This document shows, in pieces, positions 41,607-45,110 of a stretch of 45,110 bases of DNA. The translations under genes and the position numbers were made by a program. This DNA comes from Oscillospiraceae bacterium (GTDB lineage: Bacteria > Bacillota > Clostridia > Oscillospirales > Ruminococcaceae), in the NCBI GenBank assembly GCA_045644905.1, contig JAZRHT010000161.1, positions 1-45,110 of the forward strand. Reading direction: 5' to 3'. Each line of letters begins with the position of its first letter. The first letter of the stretch is position 1. Below the pieces are notes generated by a model. The model ran no database searches, was not told the origin of the DNA, and worked only from the letters and a program-made list of their open reading frames with translations.

Positions 41607-42876
41607 ACTTCTTTTTAATTTCAGACCAATATTTCTTGGCAGTAAGCTCGTTTTTATTATCACCGAACTCGTAATATACCCTATCCTTAATTCTATCGGG
41701 CAAATACTGCTGTGGAGTATAATGATTTTCAAAATTGTGGGGATATTTATAGCCTTTACCGTGGTCTAATTTCTCGGCGCCGCTATAATGCGAGTCCCTA
41801 AGATGCGAGGGGATATCTCCGATATTCCCTGCTTCAACATCCGCTATTGCACTATCGATAGCGCAAACAACCGAATTGGATTTTGGAGCAGTTGCAAGCA
41901 AAATTGTAGCCTCTGCGAGCGGCAGTCTTGCCTCGGGGATGCCTAATTGCAGCGCACTGTCAACGCAAGCCTTTACTATCTGTACCGCCTGCGGATAGGC
42001 AAGTCCGATATCCTCGCTTGCTATCGCAAGAAGTCTTCTGCAGGGCGAAAGAATATCGCCTGCAACAATTAGCCTTGCAAGGTAATGCAATGCGGCATTT
42101 TCATCAGAGCCTCGAACTGATTTATGGAAAGCCGAGAGAATATCGTAGTGCTCGTCGCCATCCCTATCGTATTTCATACTGCTTCTCTGACAAAGCTCTT
42201 TTACACTTTCAAGGGAAACTGTAATTTCGCCCGGCTTACTTGTAGGCGCAGAGAGGCTTGAGAGCTCAACGCAGTTTATAGCCTTTCTAACATCGCCACC
42301 GCACTGACGGGCAATAAAAGGAACAACACCGTCCTCAATATTTATGCTAACCGAAAGGCTCTCCCCTGCTTTTTTATATGCTCTTTCAACCGCTTCCTCA
42401 ACATCTAAAGGGGTTACGGACTTGAACTCAAAAACTGTGCTACGGCTCAGGACCGCTCCGTAAACGTAAAAATAAGGGTTTTCGGTTGTAGAGGCAATGA
42501 GGGTTATACTGCCGTTTTCGATATATTCTAAAAGTGACTGCTGCTGTTTTTTATTAAGGTACTGAATCTCGTCAAGATAAAGCAGCACACCATCCTGAGA
42601 GTCAAATCCGTCAAGGTTTGCGACGATATCCTTAATGTCGCTAACCGATGCGCTTGTACCGTTTAATTTGTAAAGTCTTTTATTAGTTGCTTTAGCAATA
42701 ATGGAAGCGACGGTTGTCTTTCCTATTCCGCTCGGGCCATAGAATATCATATTAGGGATTTTGCCCGAATCAATGATTCTTCTAAGCACCTTGCCTTCCG
42801 ACAAAAGATGCTTTTGACCGACGACCTCAGAGAGGGTTTGGGGTCTTATAGCGTCTGCAAGAGGGGTGTTAGACAT
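41605..42876 (-). CDS. rarA: Replication-associated recombination protein A (RarA/MgsA AAA+ ATPase)
   Basis: Walker A GPSGIGKTT, Walker B LYLDEIQ, and the C-terminal MgsA-type region (SAFHKSVRGSD, YKYPH). The start is trimmed to ATG 42876 (MSNTPLAD), with AAGGAAG upstream. The longer ORF overlaps glyA. Confidence 0.9.
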   Translation of the reverse strand: MSNTPLADAIRPQTLSEVVGQKHLLSEGKVLRRIIDSGKIPNMIFYGPSGIGKTTVASIIAKATNKRLYKLNGTSASVSDIKDIVANLDGFDSQDGVLLYLDEIQYLNKKQQQSLLEYIENGSITLIASTTENPYFYVYGAVLSRSTVFEFKSVTPLDVEEAVERAYKKAGESLSVSINIEDGVVPFIARQCGGDVRKAINCVELSSLSAPTSKPGEITVSLESVKELCQRSSMKYDRDGDEHYDILSAFHKSVRGSDENAALHYLARLIVAGDILSPCRRLLAIASEDIGLAYPQAVQIVKACVDSALQLGIPEARLPLAEATILLATAPKSNSVVCAIDSAIADVEAGNIGDIPSHLRDSHYSGAEKLDHGKGYKYPHNFENHYTPQQYLPDRIKDRVYYEFGDNKNELTAKKYWSEIKKK

Positions 42877-42911
42877 TTCGTCACTTCCTTTCTGCTTAAA
42901 TTCTTTAATGC

Positions 42912-44165
42912 TTATTCGTAAAGGGGATATTTTGCACAAAGAGCATTAACTGCATTTCTAATATTATCTGCCTCGTTTTCGAAATCAACGCAGGCTTTAT
43001 AGATGCAGTCAGCGATAATCTCCATATCCTCAGGCTGCATTCCGCGGCTTGTAACAGCAGGGGTACCGATACGGATTCCGCTTGTTACAAAGGGACTCTG
43101 TGGGTCATTGGGGATAGCATTTTTATTAACTGTGATAAATACCTCATCAAGGCGTTTTTCAAGCTCTTTACCTGTTACATTCATTTTGCGAAGGTCAACG
43201 AGCATAAGGTGGTTATCTGTGCCGCCCGAAACGAGATCGAAGCCTTTTTCTAAGAGTGCCTTAGCGAGTGCTGCAGCATTTTCAACGATTTTCTTCTGAT
43301 ATTCTTTAACCTCAGGCTTTAATGCCTCGCCGAAGCAAACAGCCTTTGCTGCGATGATATGCTCAAGAGGGCCGCCCTGCATTCCGGGGAAAACAGCCTT
43401 ATTTATCTTCTGAGCGAATTCCTCTTTGCAGAGAATCATACCACCACGAGGACCTCTTAAGGTCTTATGAGTTGTAGTTGTAACGATATCGGCGAAAGGC
43501 ACGGGGTTGGGATGAAGGCCTGCGGCAACAAGGCCTGCAATATGAGCCATATCAACCATAAAGTAAGCCCCGACCTCTTTTGCAATCTCTGAAATTCTCT
43601 CAAAATCGATAACACGGGGATATGCGCTTGCGCCTGCAACGATAAGCTTAGGCTTGCACTCGCGAGCGAGCTGTGCGAGCTTATCATAGTCGATTGTATG
43701 TGTATCATCATTTAAGCTGTACGAAACAAAGTTATAGTATTTTCCCGAAAGGTTAACGGGAGAGCCATGGGTAAGATGTCCGCCGTCTGCAAGGCTCATA
43801 CCGAGAACGGTGTCGCCCGGCTCTAAAAGTGCAAAGTAAACAGCTAAGTTTGCCTGAGCGCCCGAGTGAGGCTGAACGTTTGCGGCATCTGCTCCGAAAA
43901 GCTTTTTAGCGCGCTCGATTGCAAGGGTTTCAACAACGTCTACGCACTCGCAACCGCCATAATAACGCTTGCCGCTGTAGCCTTCTGCGTATTTATTAGT
44001 AAGAACGCTTCCCATAGCCGCCATAACCTCGGGGGAAACTATGTTTTCGGAAGCGATAAGCTCGATGTTTCTTCTCTGTCTTTCAAGTTCCTTTTGCATT
44101 GCATCGGAAACTTCGGGATCATTTTTCTTTAAAAATCCGATTGTATCCATAATTGTTTCGTACAT
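42912..44165 (-). CDS. glyA: Serine hydroxymethyltransferase
   Basis: 417 aa with the PLP-Lys motif [14 protein letters not shown] and the N-terminal ELIASEN. Confidence 0.95.
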   Translation of the reverse strand: MYETIMDTIGFLKKNDPEVSDAMQKELERQRRNIELIASENIVSPEVMAAMGSVLTNKYAEGYSGKRYYGGCECVDVVETLAIERAKKLFGADAANVQPHSGAQANLAVYFALLEPGDTVLGMSLADGGHLTHGSPVNLSGKYYNFVSYSLNDDTHTIDYDKLAQLARECKPKLIVAGASAYPRVIDFERISEIAKEVGAYFMVDMAHIAGLVAAGLHPNPVPFADIVTTTTHKTLRGPRGGMILCKEEFAQKINKAVFPGMQGGPLEHIIAAKAVCFGEALKPEVKEYQKKIVENAAALAKALLEKGFDLVSGGTDNHLMLVDLRKMNVTGKELEKRLDEVFITVNKNAIPNDPQSPFVTSGIRIGTPAVTSRGMQPEDMEIIADCIYKACVDFENEADNIRNAVNALCAKYPLYE

Positions 44166-44195
44166 TTTAATTTCCTCCTAAAACAATATATAATA

Positions 44196-44224
44196 ATTTT
44201 AACATTTATCCATATTTTTAGCAA
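44196..44224 (-). promoter_or_regulatory. Sigma-A-type promoter of glyA
   Basis: On the minus strand: TTGCTA, 17 nt, TAAAAT. AGGAGG RBS lies before the ATG at 44165. Confidence 0.5.
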
Positions 44225-44244
44225 GTGTTTAAGGCAAAAACTAT

Positions 44245-44272
44245 TTGATATTTTTAAGAATTATGATAAAAT
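44245..44272 (+). promoter_or_regulatory. Sigma-A-type promoter of nth (extended -10)
   Basis: TTGATA, 16 nt, TGaTAAAAT. Confidence 0.5.
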
Positions 44273-44302
44273 GAATATACAAACTTATAAAGAGGTTTTT
44301 AT

Positions 44303-44938
44303 ATGACTAAAAAAGAGCTTGCCCGACTCTCTGTTGAGGCTTTGAAAAAATTATTTCCCGAGGCAAAGTGCTCCCTTATTGCCGAAAAGCCATACGAGCT
44401 TTTAATGGCAACAAGGCTGTCAGCTCAGTGCACGGATGCCCGAGTTAATATGGTTACACCCAACTTATTTAAAAGGTTCCCTACCCTCGAAGCCTTCAGG
44501 GATGCTGATATAACCGACATTGAGGACGCAATAAAATCCTGCGGACTTTACAAAACCAAGGCTCGTGACCTTAAAAATATGGCAACCGAGCTTTTGGAGC
44601 GTTTCGGCGGCGTTGTGCCCGACACTATCGAGGAGCTAACCACACTTTCGGGAATTGGAAGAAAAACTGCAAATCTTATTGTTGGAGACGTTTACGGAAA
44701 GCCTTCAGTTGTAGTTGACACGCACTGCATAAGAATCACAACACGAATTGGTCTGCACAAGGAAACCGACCCTAAAAAGATTGAATTTGCCCTTAAAAAG
44801 ATACTGCCACCTGAGGAATCGGGAGATTTTTGCCACAGATTAGTTTTGCACGGCAGAGATTTATGTACCGCCCGCTCCCCTAAATGTAGCGAATGTCCTT
44901 TAAACACATTCTGCAAATACGGACTAAAAAATAAGTAA
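44303..44938 (+). CDS. nth: Endonuclease III (Nth)
   Basis: HhH-GPD motif LSGIGRKTANLIVGD, catalytic Lys and Asp, and the C-terminal 4Fe-4S cluster loop CTARSPKCSECPLNTFC. Confidence 0.9.
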   Translation: MTKKELARLSVEALKKLFPEAKCSLIAEKPYELLMATRLSAQCTDARVNMVTPNLFKRFPTLEAFRDADITDIEDAIKSCGLYKTKARDLKNMATELLERFGGVVPDTIEELTTLSGIGRKTANLIVGDVYGKPSVVVDTHCIRITTRIGLHKETDPKKIEFALKKILPPEESGDFCHRLVLHGRDLCTARSPKCSECPLNTFCKYGLKNK

Positions 44939-44947
44939 AGATAAATT

Positions 44948-44986
44948 TTAAAGCCACCGCTTCAATCTTAAAGCGGTGGCTTTTTA
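44948..44986. terminator. Bidirectional intrinsic terminator
   Basis: 12-bp stem aagccaccgctt (44951-44962) / aagcggtggctt (44971-44982), followed by TTTTT. Confidence 0.8.
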
Positions 44987-45002
44987 TTGTGCTTAGGATT
45001 AT

Positions 45003-45110
45003 TTATTTTTCTTTGCTCTTAGGCTTCTTTATCTTATTGAGGTGAGCGTTTAAGTCAAGAAGTTCTTCTTTAGTGAAGTTAACGCCTACCATTCCGATAA
45101 GAGAGGTAAG
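45003..45110 (-). CDS. 3' end of an unidentified gene (5' part outside the window)
   Basis: The minus-strand frame is open from the window edge to TAA (45003-45005). It encodes ...LTSLIGMVGVNFTKEELLDLNAHLNKIKKPKSKEK and is followed by the terminator at 44948-44986. It is too short to identify. Confidence 0.4.
   Translation of the reverse strand, partial: LTSLIGMVGVNFTKEELLDLNAHLNKIKKPKSKEK

Noticed and set aside
1-45110. Searched by eye for CRISPR arrays, tRNA/rRNA genes, IS elements, integrases, toxin-antitoxin pairs and known defence-system genes
   Set aside because: I saw no regularly spaced direct repeats, no cloverleaf-like GC-rich intergenic segments and no transposase-, recombinase- or nuclease-type ORFs. 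Apart from RecG (helicase) and RarA (AAA+ ATPase), which are ordinary housekeeping proteins, I saw no defence-type helicase or ATPase ORFs. All intergenic spacers over 100 nt are AT-rich promoter/terminator regions or the riboswitch.

Overview
This 45.1 kb window looks like core chromosome of a low-to-moderate GC Firmicute. It is probably a spore-forming member of the Clostridia, judging from a YlmC/YmxH protein, an M23+M50 peptidase pair, a Re-citrate-synthase-type TCA branch, Rex and a dlt operon. That taxonomic call is inference only.

I support 45 protein-coding regions. Two are partial CDSs at the window edges that the ORF track misses. I also call one cobalamin riboswitch, several sigma-A-type promoters, one palindromic operator and about a dozen intrinsic terminators. 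I saw no rRNA or tRNA gene, CRISPR array, transposase, integrase or prophage gene.

Gene content in order:
- a surface-protein 3' end
- PPi-type phosphofructokinase
- an Fe-S aldo/keto reductase
- an operon of Re-citrate synthase-like enzyme, GntR regulator, aconitase and isocitrate dehydrogenase
- a Crp/Fnr regulator
- a divergent sugar-phosphate cluster: FGGY kinase, UPF0047 protein and archaeal-type TIM on one strand, SIS isomerase and 3-epimerase on the other
- an EF-G paralogue
- a large membrane protein that reads as a degenerate P-type ATPase
- rlmB
- a Cys-rich protein plus membrane protein pair
- ogg
- asp23, fakA(yloV) and recG
- a ceramidase-like hydrolase
- rex
- asnS
- three lipoproteins followed by dltA-B-C-D and a 3'-located dltX-like ORF
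- a split radical-SAM pair (TIGR03960/TIGR03936 type)
- a YlmC, M23 and M50 sporulation-type module
- a B12 riboswitch controlling a DUF4430-like lipoprotein and an ECF S-component
- rarA, glyA, nth

I corrected many ORF-track starts using ribosome-binding-site spacing and neighbouring stop codons.

The most unusual items:
- the pseudo-P-type ATPase with a long E/K/P-rich N-terminus
- the relocated, overlapping dltX
- the transglutaminase-like lipoprotein paralogues coupled to dltA
- the uncharacterised sugar-phosphate cluster

All family assignments come from motif recognition by eye. No database search was run.
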